A DNA stretch of 63,371 bases, filler included, from Asterionella formosa (GCA_002256025.1; 24 parts of 24 records of this genome joined end to end with filler, not necessarily neighbours in it); one strand, 5' to 3'; shown: positions 27,090 through 39,663, counted from the first letter of the whole stretch. Numbers and translations are program-made. Notes: generated by a model not told the origin, from the letters alone.

Positions 27090-28290
27090 TTGCCTATCTC
27101 GAGCAAAATGCCAGGCCCCCATTTATTGCCACAACTCAATCTTAACAAGCATACAAGAAGGGATTTGACAGTACAAGAGCATCAAATGATTCTCGATTAT
27201 GGTTTATGGAACCTCAAAAAAGGACCCGATGGAAGTGAAGAAATAGATGGTTGGCTCATATTGTTGCCTGGAACCGTTAAATTCATGTAACATAGGTTAG
27301 ATGCTAATAAGAACACCATGCAACTTATATGGAATCGCGCGCTCCCCTGTTACTATTCAGAAGATAGTGACAATTTTCCTCAAAAAAGGACCCAATGGAA
27401 GTGAAGAAATAGATGGTTGGCTCATATTGTTGCCTGGAACCGTTAAATTCATGTCACATACTAGGTTAGATGCTAATAAGAGTACCATGCAACATATATG
27501 GAATCGCACGCTCCCCTGTTGCCATTCAGAAGATAGTGACAATTTTGCCTCGCTTTCCCGCAAATACAGGTCCGGTCATTATCAAAAATACAATCGTGAT
27601 GACGTGAAGCGCACTACATATCGTAAGCTAGCGTCAGTACTTAATTTGCCAAAATCCACAGTTTATTCAATTGCAAAAACAAGCGACAGCAAGATGTGAT
27701 AAAACCTCATACAAATGCGCTTGTACCAAAGTTGACCGAAGAATGCAAGACTAGCTAGTCGGTTCTTATATTGCGTTAACCATCTGAAGTTGAATTAGTA
27801 CCCAGAAAAACTTCAATCTTCACCTGACATACTTTTGATCAAGGTAAATTTGGGTTTTACAACAACTTTTACGATCAGGTTCATGTCGATGAAAAATTGT
27901 TCTAATGTTCACGACAAGGCCAGACAGCGATTCTGCTTGACTGCTGAGGGAGAGAGGGGACCCCTTCATAGAACTTAACACAAGGCTAAAATTGACAAAG
28001 AGATGTTTCTCTCCGCAATGCTGGCTTGCCCCAGATATGACAAAAATCGAGTGTGTATGTTCGATGGCAAGATAATTATACTATAGCAGACTCTGGCGCT
28101 TGGGAACTCAATAAACAGACCAGCAGGGACAATGATATCAACAAATCTACAGGTTACAAAGCAGAGCTACACAGAAATGATCATCAACAATGTAATTCCA
28201 GCAATTTGGGAGAAGTGGCCAGTTGGTCTCAATGGCTCTAAGGCAGCAGTACACATCCAACACAACAATTCAAGTAATCATTTTGGGAAG
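27090..28290 (+). pseudogene. Degenerate plant/stramenopile-type mariner transposase with an internal 166-bp tandem duplication (27212/27378)
   Basis: Fragments RTTYRKLASVLNLPKSTV, YDQVHVDEK, KEMFLSA..PRYD..FDGK, VTKQSYTEMIINNVIPAIWEKWP and HIQHNNSSNH; many frameshifts. Confidence 0.8.
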
Positions 28291-31200
28291 CAACAAATGG
28301 GTTGTTCTATGGACAGGTGTAGTGATGGTGATGTGGAAAATTGCGATTTGCAGATGGATTGTTCAGAGATCAAATCTTGGACATGCCATTGTTGCATACA
28401 AAGAATCGCCTAGCAAATGGCCTCCAAATCCATCAGATGGTCAAAGTGCCTCAACACATATGATAGTATCTAATCATTAATTCCTGTAGTTTGTTGTCAT
28501 TATACCTGTTCATTGGTTCACCAATGCAACCAACAAAGCACCACCTTTGTTGATCAACTGGGTTGATTTAATATTGCTAGTGGTTTTCTCATGTTGTGCT
28601 CGAGGGGTACCTTAATGGCCAATTTTTCCAAATCAAGAAAGGACTGACATAAAGTACAACTCTATTGTAGGCATTTGTCCAGAGGCTCCACCAAGACTTC
28701 GGTGAAACTCGAAAAAGAAGTTTTACCTATCATAGGAAGAACAGGCAAAAGCAAACCACCCGGAAAATGCAACGTTTGACTACATACCGTTACGCACGGC
28801 GAAGGTTGCATGTGATTCGTTAGGGCACCAGGTATGACACAGGTAGTACCGGTATATAATACCGGTAGGCAACTATAATGGAAATGGAGTATGGTACAAG
28901 GTATCAGGTATATAACGTCAATAAATAACCCCTTTTGAATTTTGTGGATGACACATCCAAACAAATGGATTTGTTAAAGTATTACCTTTTTGTATAGATC
29001 TATATCGTTAGACAAAGAAGACTATAGATAGAGACGTTCGTTTCTCTTTCCGTTTCTATATTCTTATTGTGAGTTTACTAATCTAGTTTAGGTTGTTCNN
29101 NNNNNNNNNNNNNNNNNNNNNNNNNNNNNNNNNNNNNNNNNNTTAATTAATTAANNNNNNNNNNNNNNNNNNNNNNNNNNNNNNNNNNNNNNNNNNNNTA
29201 CCGTCGCTTTCCCTCTGTTGGTCTGCTTTTTATGGAAGCCAGCAAAGATTATGAGGTCCACAATAATCTTGCCTTTACATGATCATGTAGTAGTATGCTG
29301 AGTGATTTATGTCGTTGATGAGTGAATGTTCAAAGAGCGCAAATGCGCTCTGTATCATCAAATGACAGCGCCGTAGAACGCCTGTATAGGGCCTTCCAGT
29401 CCCTCCTCTGTATTGTCCACTCAATAGGCTCCAACAACTATGGTTGAGGCATTAGAAAGGATTCGAACACAATGATGCTGTGCATGTATGAGTAGTATGA
29501 GTAGCAGCCGTCATGGCAGTGTCATCGAGCCAACTGATTTCCATGTAGCAAAAGATATATTGGTGGTTTCAATGAAGGCTACTATGTAACTATGTAGGCT
29601 AGGGTTTAAAAGTTTGTAAAAAGAGGCGGGGACAAAATATCTTTTTCCAATAAATAAAATAAAATAAATATTAGTTATGATGTCGTTCTGTTGATTTCGA
29701 CATGAAGTATGGCAGACGAACGGATTCTGGATTCCGTCCTGTGGTACACTCGTGTGTAGAATATATATATTGTATGTAGCCTGTTCATATTTGACCTACG
29801 TAAATTTCGAAGTGTCTGGTAAAACTGAAATGCAACTCAACAGCACTACAGGTAGGTTGTATGCCGTACAAAGTACCAGTAGTATATTGGAACAAACACA
29901 TGTCTAATACGTATGCATGTGACAGAGATGAAGACGACGGACATACAACTGGTACAGTACAATGTACTCAGTCATCACTGTCTGCAAGGCATCATGTCTG
30001 ATTTATTGCTGCTGTTGCGCATACATTATATATATCGACGCAAACCCCCAGATGGTGGACGGTGGTGTGCTATTCATCTACATCTCCATCTCCATGTCCA
30101 CGTTGACAACTTTCTGAACAACAAGCTGAAGGAAGGATAAAGGCAATCACAAAATTGATTACGAACTTTACTCTTAAACACTTCAAACCTAAGGACACAA
30201 CATCAAAGTTCCTTAACCGATCTATACAAACCAAAGACCCATTTGCATACTTTTACTTATTGGCGAAAATACATAAGACACCGCTAACAACCCGGCCCAT
30301 CATCAGTGTTAGCGGAAGTATCTGCCATGGGCTAGGCAAATGGACTGATGTCAGTCTTCAAAAAATCACTCAACATCTACCATTTACCCTATCAAGCTCC
30401 TTTGAACTCGTTCATGATTTTCGCTCCATTAATAATGTTCTAACAACCGCAACCTTATTTACTATGGACGCAATTTCTATGTACACTAACATAGACACAA
30501 CCCACACACTTTCCGTCATTAATAAATTCCTACGCATTGACAGACCAGACATCTGCCTCAACAAAGATATTAATATTGATGCACTCATGAATGCACTCAA
30601 AATTATCATGCGACATAACATTTTTAAATTCGGAAATACATACTGGATCCAAACATCTGGAACAGCTATGGGGACACCTCTGGCACCAACATATGCCACT
30701 CTCTATTTTGCAATTCACGAAATACAAAATCCCAACGTTTCCACAAATATCCTTCTATAGAAGGTATATTGATGATTGCTTTATAATCTGGGTCCCTACA
30801 TCAACTACCCATATCAAGGATGAAAAATCACACAACTTGTTTATCAGCTTGATGAATAATTTTGGCATACTAAAATGGAATGCAGAACCACGGAAATTAT
30901 CAACAACTTTCCTGGATCTCACAATTTCTATCAATCAACATACCCGTTCTATTGATACAACACTATTCGAAAAATTTATGAATCCCTATCTCTACATACC
31001 ACAACATAGCGCACACCCTCCTGGTGTCCTTCGCGGCAATTCTTACCTCACTACGGAATTTCTCCGGAAATCAATGTACTATCCAAAGGTTGATAATCGC
31101 TTATAATCGCCCTAAAAATATTGGTAATTATACATCACCACGGAAACTGAGATCAGACACCACTTTAGTCAGTACTCACCTACTTACAACACAACTTGAT

Positions 31201-31339
31201 ACTGAACGGGACACATCAACCTCTACTAGGTCCATACTACCCTCCCCTGCTTCCACTCCTGGTGCAATTTCGCAGCCAAACACATCTGCCCACCCCCCGC
31301 ACGCACCATGACTAAAGTAAAACAAGACTACAGATCCAA

Positions 31340-31396
31340 GCCAACTGATGAAGCCCCTTCAGGCGAAAAGTAACATTAGTCTCATTACTTTTTGGC
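31340..31396 (+). ncRNA. Type I hammerhead ribozyme
   Basis: Stem I GCCAA(31340-44)/TTGGC(31392-96); core CTGATGA(31345-51)+A; stem II GCC/GGC with loop CCTTCA; GAAA(31365-68); stem III AAGTAA(31368-73)/TTACTT(31385-90); unpaired cleavage base T31391. Confidence 0.88.
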
Positions 31397-31442
31397 AACT
31401 TAAGTAGTCACCTCATCGTCGCTTGGATAATAGTCATTGTAG

Positions 31443-31470
31443 CCCTCACCCCTACCCTACCCTAACCCTA
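31443..31470 (+). repeat. Degenerate reverse-complement telomeric repeats (CCCTAA-like) at the PLE 3' end
   Basis: Sequence CCCTCA CCCCTA CCCTA CCCTAA CCCTA. Confidence 0.7.
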
Positions 31471-31841
31471 GCACTAATAGTGCATACGTAATCTCTGAAC
31501 TGACATGGTACTCAACCAGCACATGACTTGCTATTTTGACAGTAACTGCTGCAAAGGCAAATAAGTGGTGGGCAAACAAAAATGCCCTCTAGTGTTGCAA
31601 TATTACATGCTTCTGTTGGAACTGGCCCTGTAAAATTATTCTTTCCAAAAGATAATACAACTGTCAAGAAAGTAAAATTTTAGAACAAATGGTCAAGAAA
31701 TAGAAGTTTCAGATAAGCAAAACTTACTCAATAAAGACATNNNNNNNNNNNNNNNNNNNNNNNNNNNNNNNNNNNNNNNNNNNNTTAATTAATTAANNNN
31801 NNNNNNNNNNNNNNNNNNNNNNNNNNNNNNNNNNNNNNNNG

Positions 31842-32170
31842 CATCTAAGCCGCGTATTACGTGAAGTGACCATCACATAAATAAGCCTAGTTGATTTTGA
31901 ATGCATCACATGAATAAGTTGAATACATCAAAATACGTAGTTGAATATATCTATATATTATCTGAATACGTCACGTTAAATATTTGATCAAAGTATCATG
32001 CATGCATTCCTGATCATCACTATATTATATGATCACCTTCACATAATTATTTGAAATACTTCACATAATTATTTGAAATACTTCACGTAATTCTGTAATT
32101 TCGTTCACATAATTCTAGAATAAAGTTCACTTAATATGTAAGATTTGTTTACGTAATTTTCTGGAGTTCA
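31842..32170 (+). mobile_element. CATCTAAG-terminus element (type B end) with about 22-bp subterminal repeats
   Basis: The first ~150 nt match 44644-44801; TTCACATAATTATTTGAAATAC repeats at about 32039-32090. Confidence 0.7.
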
Positions 32171-33702
32171 TTCAACTAAATTAAAGAGTTTCATTAATGA
32201 AATAAAGCCTGCTCATTCGGAACGGCATGCAAATGCTCCTGCACTGAAAGGGTTTGCTGCAATGTCAATTGAATGTAGAGGAAGATCAGTGTGAGTTTTC
32301 TCAATGTTTATTGTTCCTGTCTCGTCCTTTCCTTCCACTATTCTGAATCATGTGTCAGGCAGTGCCTACTAATGTTACGTCTCTTTCCCTGCTGTTAGTG
32401 TCACTCTGAACTCGCCGACTATTCCGTTGTTTGATTGGTTTTATGGTCCCATGCAGTTACAGACTCAATGAGAAGGAATGATTTGTTAGCTAGTAGTTAT
32501 GTTACATTGAAACAACGACACGCAATTCCATCGTATCCTCTTGCTTCACTTACCACAAATCAATGCAACTGAGGATGCATAAGTCTGTAATAGTAACTTG
32601 GCAGTAAGCCAAATTCTTGAATAAGTAAGTTTCGGATATCCAATGTTGTCGAATAAAACTTACCGGTTCATTTTTGTCATCTTAACTTTGAGAGAAGGTC
32701 AACGTCTTGTCAGTTTTGTTCCAACAGAAGTGCATAGGTCCAACGAGCGACAAGAGCACTTACGCAATTTGGTTTTGTTTTACATTGGTGCTCCCCAACA
32801 AGCGAAACGAGCTGTTGAATCAACTGAGAAAAAAGGAAATGTGGCTGCGTTTAGTTAACAATTTGTTGTTGTGCTGCCTGTCTCCCAACGATTGTCATCC
32901 GAGTACCACATTGATGGCTTCATTACCTTAAACATTCTCCATCCTTCTATTGCGCAATGTGTCGAAGTCACAATGTTTTTCGTTATGTATTGCGTAAACT
33001 TTCTTTGCTTGTCATGTGCTTTACTACGACGTATCTTTTCATGAAGCAGCAGGCATTGTTTGTTAACATGACAGAACGATTTCAAAACTATATATGCCAT
33101 GAATATAGTAATAAAATTTGTAAATATATATATATATTAAGTGTTATACATTTATAAAATTCAAAGGCACTCTCGATATGGAACATCTGATATGGTTGGG
33201 ATGATCATACTCGCATATACATAATTCGAAAATACTCAATGCACCAGATGTCCATTGTTTTCCACGACTACGTGTACCGGTATTGTTTCTGAAATTTGTT
33301 GGCATCGATATTTTCTACGTCCGTTGAAACTAATTATTTAGACCGTTCAATTGCCGCAAGGGTTTTGGTAGCAAATTGTTTAAGCCCCTTTTTTGGTTGG
33401 GAGCTCTTCATGTGTACCGGTACATCATATGACAATAACAATATATCATATATATATACAGAGTACCAGTAGCAGGTAGTAAGTGATATACTGGGGGTAG
33501 TCGGAGTAGTAAACTAGCAACAGAACACCATATGTACAGGACTGTTGCTACTGCAGTGGGACAGTAAATCATCATAGTTTTAGGATCATATGATCGTAAA
33601 ACTAAAAACCAATAGAACACCATATGTAGGACCAGGCTGACGAGTTACTACCGGTACCAGGTAGTACGTCTACATCTTTTGTCAGCACCTTTAAGTAGCA
33701 CT

Positions 33703-33834
33703 TACGGTTATGGTGGTACTATGTTTTTCCCTATTATTTTCTGTCGCAGCTCTGTAAAGGCTGCGATGTACGGTTATGGTGGTACTATGTTTTTCCCTAT
33801 TATTTTCTGTCGCAGCTCCGTAGAGAGGCTGTGA
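33703..33834. repeat. 66-bp tandem duplication
   Basis: TACGGTTATGGTGGTACTATGTTTTTCCCTATTATTTTCTGTCGCAGCTC occurs at 33703 and 33769. Confidence 0.85.
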
Positions 33835-34482
33835 AAGTCAAAGCGCTGCCCCCCCCCCCACCCATTACTGTGCGTTGCAACGGCCCGCAACAGGGTGGCT
33901 GTGGTTATGGAGCAGGGGGTAGAACGCCACAACATGACGAAGTCCCAAGGATCATGAATGGGAAGAAAACTTTGCTGCATTCTGGTGGTACCATTGGACT
34001 TGGGAAACAGCGAGGAAGGTTGTATCCCGCCGTATCAAACGGTTTCGAATAAGAGGAGTTGGAACGACGAGAGGTGACAAGAACTGCCCTGACACTTCTG
34101 TCCCACTTGGTCGATGGATGTCTCCCGCCTATTTGTGACTTCCTACGCAACACAACAAAACTTGCCACAACGACGAATCAAACGGGTTTCGAATATGAGG
34201 AGTGGTTGGAACGAAGAGACTTGTCATAAACATGACACTTCTGTCCGACTCAGTTGATGGAGCAAAAGAAACGACACCAGCGTCCGGTTATTTGCAAATG
34301 GCTGTACTTGATTAAAAACAAATAACCATTTTGTTAGTAACTATTTATGAGTAAATACAAATTCTTACTTCCATCTTTCCCCNNNNNNNNNNNNNNNNNN
34401 NNNNNNNNNNNNNNNNNNNNNNNNNNTTAATTAATTAANNNNNNNNNNNNNNNNNNNNNNNNNNNNNNNNNNNNNNNNNNNN

Positions 34483-35609
34483 CCATTCCGAAGTCAGAAA
34501 TGGACATGGTGCTCGGGGGTTCCGCGCTGGCTGAAACGCTATGCGCTCCCCCATGCACCGGTGTCTATTGTGGAGAGGTACTTGGGTGCTGGATGGCAGA
34601 GCCTGGAACCAAAGGTACTGGCTGAGGTAGTGAAAGCATGCATTTTGGAGAGAGAGTGTGGGATCCGACGGAACTTGACTCGTCCGTCGGGGGCCCGCAC
34701 AGTGTGGTATGAGGGAGCCGGATTTGCCAAGCATCCACTCACACGGTCACGTGTGGGGGGCAGTCCCAAAGACCAAGCAGGACTGGCTTTGATAGTTCGG
34801 TGTCGGATTGGGGCATTTGTAACTGTCCCCACCTTGGTGGGGTGGAAGCGAATGCCTCATAGGTATTTGAGGAAGTGTCCATTTTGTGGTATGGATGAAC
34901 CAGAAACGCTGGAACACTTAGTGTTCACGTGTGGTCGGTGGCGTGTTCTACGTACCGAGCCACACATGGCAGAATTGATCGCGAAAGTTCGGACGTTAGG
35001 GCCGAATTTCGCCCTCGGTTTTGACCAACAACGGTTGGCATGGCTCCTCGGAGGGAGTTGTGATAACCGCTGGGTACATGGATGGATGATGGGTGAACCA
35101 ACCGGAGTCACAGCACAGCAAAACTGTGACTCTTCGGTTGACAGCTCATCATCCAATGGGGACGGTAGCCAGATGGAACGGAACCCGGCAGGGGCCACCA
35201 CCCTTGCCAGGTTCCTGATGAGCGTTGTTAGCCTTCGTGCTAACATAATCAGGTCCCGTTGGGGGTCTTACGCAAGTGAGGCATTTGACGGGGTCCCACA
35301 CACCTCCACGGGCCAACGCCCCGACGGGTAGGGCAGACCGCGTACTGGTCAAGACTGGGGCTGCACACAGGTTTTTAGTGAGTGAAAGTCTCACACTACC
35401 TCGCCCAGGTGAGAGGGGCGGGGTGCCTCACCGGACACTGGGACATGATTGGATGACGGGGTGCCTCAAAAACATTCCTGAACACATGAACTGGTGGGAG
35501 GAGTTCGAATCCTCCCATGATGCCCCCCAAGCACCCCACATCGATGGGGCAGGCGGGCAAAGCGGCCGGATAGGTTTTCTCCTGGCGCCTTGGAACAGCC
35601 AAAAAAAAA
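34483..35609 (+). mobile_element. 3' end of a non-LTR retrotransposon (LINE): CCHC zinc knuckle, 3' UTR and A9 tail
   Basis: LIVRCRIG...CPFCGMDEPETLEHLVFTC; stop at 35331; GC-rich UTR; A-run at 35601-35609. A ~98-bp piece (35108-35205) is duplicated at 36372-36469. Confidence 0.75.
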
Positions 35610-35860
35610 TGGAGGGCAGTGGATATGCCATCAGTAGGCCTGTGGAAGGAGGCACGGATGTTGCCAATGTGTGCCTTGCCATACTTCAACTTGGCCCCCC
35701 TCTCCTCACGTGGTTAAACTATCTCACCAAAATGTGGCAAAACTAGGTGGGTGCCTGGGGCGCCAAGCCACCGGAAATGTGGTTCATCAACTTTCTCACC
35801 GAAATGTGGTTAAACTAGGTGGAAGCCTAGCCTGGGGCGAAGAAGATTGGGTACAAATGC

Positions 35861-35881
35861 AACCCTAACCCTAACCCTAAC
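35861..35881 (+). repeat. Interstitial telomeric repeat (AACCCT)3.5
   Basis: Perfect AACCCTAACCCTAACCCTAAC. Confidence 0.8.
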
Positions 35882-36469
35882 AATGGGTGCGAAAAGAGTT
35901 ATAAAAAAATAGGAAAAAAAAAATAAAAATTGAAAAAATAAGTTAAAAAATAAAATAAAAAAGAGGGAAGAAAAGGAACCCGGCCCTGGGAGGGAAATGG
36001 CAAGTAACAACACAACTTAGTACTGTTTGGTGCTCAACAGTGAAGTGATTGCCACTACCTCCCCCACCGAACAACGGAGAGGGGATAGGATTCTTGATGC
36101 TATGGGTGGCATGCACTGGAGTTCTGTCTCCTACCCCACTCCCACCTGAGTATTCACTATCATGACTACTTGCGGGACCTCTCTCTAAGCCTGGCAGGTC
36201 GAGATGCGGTTCCGGGCAAAGGGAGACCAAAAAAGTGCCAAAACAAACACGTGCTTCGACAAATTATAGGAATCGACGGAGTGTCGTTCCACCTGCAGCT
36301 CCTCGGGGGCTGAACCAAGAAATTGGGACAGCTGAATTTGTGCAGGAGACTGGAGATTCTGCCAGAAACGCTCACAGCACAGCAAAACTTTGACTCTTCG
36401 GTTGAAAGCTCATCATCCGATGGGGACGGTAGCCAGATGGAACGGAACCCGGCAGGGGCCAGCACCCTT

Positions 36470-36870
36470 CATCTAAGACGCGAAATACGCCACTTTTCGA
36501 AATTTCGTCTACGTATGAGTGTTAATTATGTGGTACTTCACATGCATAAATGCCACTCTTCACGTAAAAAAGATTACTTTTAACGGTTTCATGTGAAGTT
36601 TTAACTGTTTCATGTGAAGTTTTCACAATGAATTTTGAACGCGAGACTGAATTAGTTGATGTTTCAAATAATTCATTTGACTTTTCGAAATTTCGTTTAC
36701 GTACGAGTGTTAATTATGTGGTACTTCACATGCATTAATGCCACTCTTCACGTAAAAAGGTTACTTTTAACGGTTTCATGTGAAGTTTTAACTGTTTCAT
36801 GTGAAGTTTTCACAATGAATTTTGAACGCGAGACTGAATTAGTTGATGTTTCAAATAATTCATTTGAAAG
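36470..36870 (+). mobile_element. CATCTAAG-terminus element (type A end) with a 188-bp tandem duplication
   Basis: Matches 23671-23809; duplicated unit starts at 36493 and 36681; 21-bp TAAC(G/T)GTTTCATGTGAAGTTT subrepeats. Confidence 0.75.
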
Positions 36871-37347
36871 TTCAACTAAGATCCTGCTCTTGAGGCTAAT
36901 ACATTCGCAACACGCATTTTACTTAATGAAATAGTAAGGATATTTGTGGTGTCTAATGTCATCCATCTGAGATCAAAGTTTTACGGTTGTACACATCACA
37001 TGAAGAACTCACACTTACCGGTANNNNNNNNNNNNNNNNNNNNNNNNNNNNNNNNNNNNNNNNNNNNTTAATTAATTAANNNNNNNNNNNNNNNNNNNNN
37101 NNNNNNNNNNNNNNNNNNNNNNNCTAAAAATTCTATTTGATATTAGCATTCCAAAGGTTAGACCGAATGAATAACTGATTTGATTTCACGATTACTATCT
37201 TTAGAGCGAACACCAAAACTTTAGTTGATATCAATCATTTTTTTGTATGATCAATCAGTATTTCTGTATGATCAATCAAAAAATAATATGAGATTTTTTG
37301 GGGCAGTGGGTCTTACAGCACAACTATTAGGCCTAACGGTTTTTAAT

Positions 37348-38330
37348 TTACAGACGTTGCACCAACATGAACCAGACATGATTCTGAGATAGGTAGGCCA
37401 CATAGTGCACTCTAGATGCCAGTGTCACTCGGCCCTTTGGAGTCAATGTAAGAACTCCCAATGAACTAGCCACAATATCAAATGATTTCCTACAATGCAA
37501 ATCTGAGATTTCCTGATGTAGCAAACCTTTTTCATGTGCAGCCAAATCTAACCTCCTCATGAGAAGCTTGAATTCCTCCAGCCTTCGCCTTCCATCTGTC
37601 AAAAAATCAACTTACATGGGCTGTAAAAACTTCATGGCACGCTGCCTTGACCCTGTATTATTTGTGTGCCATAGTTTGTATGCAACACCAAGGAGGCAAC
37701 ACTTTGGGAATTTCCAGTTGGGAGAAGCCAGTCTAAACTTTCCCTTGTGAATCCAAATTTTGTGCTCACCTATCAATTCGGTATTATCTGCACCATTGCC
37801 AGTAGCTGACCATGGCATTTTGTTTGCTGTTGTTGGCATCCTTTGATCTAGCTCCTCAACATCCCTTCTTGTTTCCTTGTCAGATTCATTATTGTGCCCA
37901 AGCAGCAACCACATTATGAGTTTCACAACTTCATTCCGATTATTTTCTCTGGTTGATTATGCTCTATTTAGCTTTGTTAATTCATCAGGTAACATCTTCT
38001 TCTTCGTTTCTTCCACCAAGCGATCATGCTCACTTTGTTTTATTTTTGTTGTAGTGCCAGCATCATATCCCACTTGCTGCTCAAACCAATCTCCTCCTCC
38101 CACAAAAAATATTCAAAGTCATCCTTGCCTTCAAATGATCTGCCATATTGCTTGAAGCATCCGAGACAAGTCTTGAATTTGAATTCATCTATCTGCAAAG
38201 GGGATGTATCGCTCTATCAAAGGAAACACATCAGCGGCTAATTGCAGCATGAGGAAATTCATCACTTTCTTTGTGCATCATCTTACAGGCATTGCCTAGG
38301 CAGCATGGTGCGAAGTTGTACGTAGATTCC
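37348..38330 (-). pseudogene. Degenerate transposon-like ORF remnants (possibly a Crypton-associated C-terminal domain)
   Basis: HKGKFRLASPNWKFPK..AYKLWH..FLQP..RRRLEEFKLLMRRLD in broken frames; similarity is from memory only. Confidence 0.3.
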
Positions 38331-38550
38331 ATTCTGTAATCATCAATCTGAAGGCTTTGAAAGTGGAACGATAATTTCTGATCTTATATTTCAATCAAAA
38401 ATTGAATCATCAGTATATACATGTACAGAATCATCGCACCTAGTACTATAGTGCGGCGCATGGTGACTTCATGACACTCTCAGCGCCTATGGGAGGTGAT
38501 CCCTCAACTATTTTACTCTGCGCAAATGTATCAAAAACAGCGAGTAATTA

Positions 38551-38687
38551 TTAGGTTTTTTCGCACCTAAAATTCCAAGAACTGAAAAGGAAGTTTAACT
38601 TTGTCTGTAGCCTTGTACCGGCTTTCATCTGTAGGACAAGAAAATATTCTCAATCATTTTCTGAATTTTAGGTGTGGAATAACCTAA
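38551..38687. mobile_element. About 135-bp MITE-like inverted repeat
   Basis: TTAGGTTTTTTCGCACCTAAAATTC versus GAATTTTAGGTGTGGAATAACCTAA. Confidence 0.5.
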
Positions 38688-39134
38688 AATGAGCGACCCT
38701 CAGGGGCAGGGAGTTGACAGAAAATCCGAAGTATGAAAAATCACTTACAAAAACGGTGTTTATTTAAAATCGGCCTCGCATCACATGTTCGCAAAAGACC
38801 GCAGAAAAACGTCGTATATCCGGATTTTCCCGTTCTTTTGTGGTCTTTTTCTTGAAGAATCCAAATGTTTCCTCCAATCTCAATTTGTCAATAAATCCAT
38901 GCTCCGAAAGTACCTGCAACAGACCCTTTGGTTTATTTGCCCATCCTTCGATAACTTTTGCTTTAGTCTCTTCAATTGGTAAGTTCTTGTTTTCTTGCTC
39001 CTTTGCTTGTTTTGCTTGTTTCTTACCCTTTGCTAAAATTCCTCTTTGTCTTAGATCTTGTTTAAGGAGCTCAGCCTTTATGTGTTATCTTGTGATTGTT
39101 TGCCCTTCCAGTACCAAATCATGGCGCTTTTGAT

Positions 39135-39663
39135 CTCGCTCAGTTTGAGTCATCCAGAATTGTCCGCTGCTGCCATCTGCACTGAATAACATTGATTGCG
39201 TTTGTCCTGGCTGGTTCCAGCTTAGGTAAGTGAGGTCCCAGGTAACAACCATGCGTTTGCTTTATCATTCAATTTCTCAACAGTTTTTGTGCACCTCCAT
39301 AGGACTTAGTCATTTGTTCCAAATTTAACAACAAGCCATCCTCTTTCTGACGGCTGTGCCCTTAGGAGTGATCAAATAGAAGCAAGAAATCGAATCGAGG
39401 GAAGAATACTTTGAGAACATCAACGAAATCTTCGAGCTGCAATACCACATGCTGATAGTACCAGTGGCCTTCTGAGTTTGCCCTATATTGCTCGAATTCT
39501 CTAACAAATGGTGTTGAGGTAAGTCCCGGATTCAATGCACTCCTCCTCATATCTTGTGCGGCTTGCTCGTCCATGTATTTCGTTCCAACCCTTGACTCAC
39601 TCACTATTTTAAAGTCTTGTTCAGTAATTTGTAATCCGAAACCGAATTCTCGATATTGAAAGG
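39135..39663 (-). pseudogene. DDE transposase fragment (probably IS630/Tc1-mariner superfamily)
   Basis: FVREFEQYRANSEGHWYYQHVVLQLEDFVDVLKVFFPRFDFLLLFDHS*GH..EDGL, with an in-frame stop. Confidence 0.6.

Larger units (their letters stand above)
30155..31470 (+). mobile_element. Penelope-like retroelement, 5'-truncated, RT without a downstream GIY-YIG endonuclease
   Basis: PLE RT motifs FYLLAKIHK..RPIIS, TMDAISMYTNI, QTSGTAMGTPLAP, YRRYIDD, FLDLTI, YIPQHSAHP and IAYNRPKNI. Frameshift near 30730 and an apparent deletion near 31040. The ORF ends at 31311 with no endonuclease motif. Confidence 0.9.

Noticed and set aside
35215..35260. CTGATGA in the LINE ORF as a hammerhead
   Set aside because: There is no downstream stem II plus GAAA, and it lies inside coding sequence.
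35495..35517. tRNA gene
   Set aside because: Only a T-loop-like hairpin is present; I could not fold a cloverleaf.
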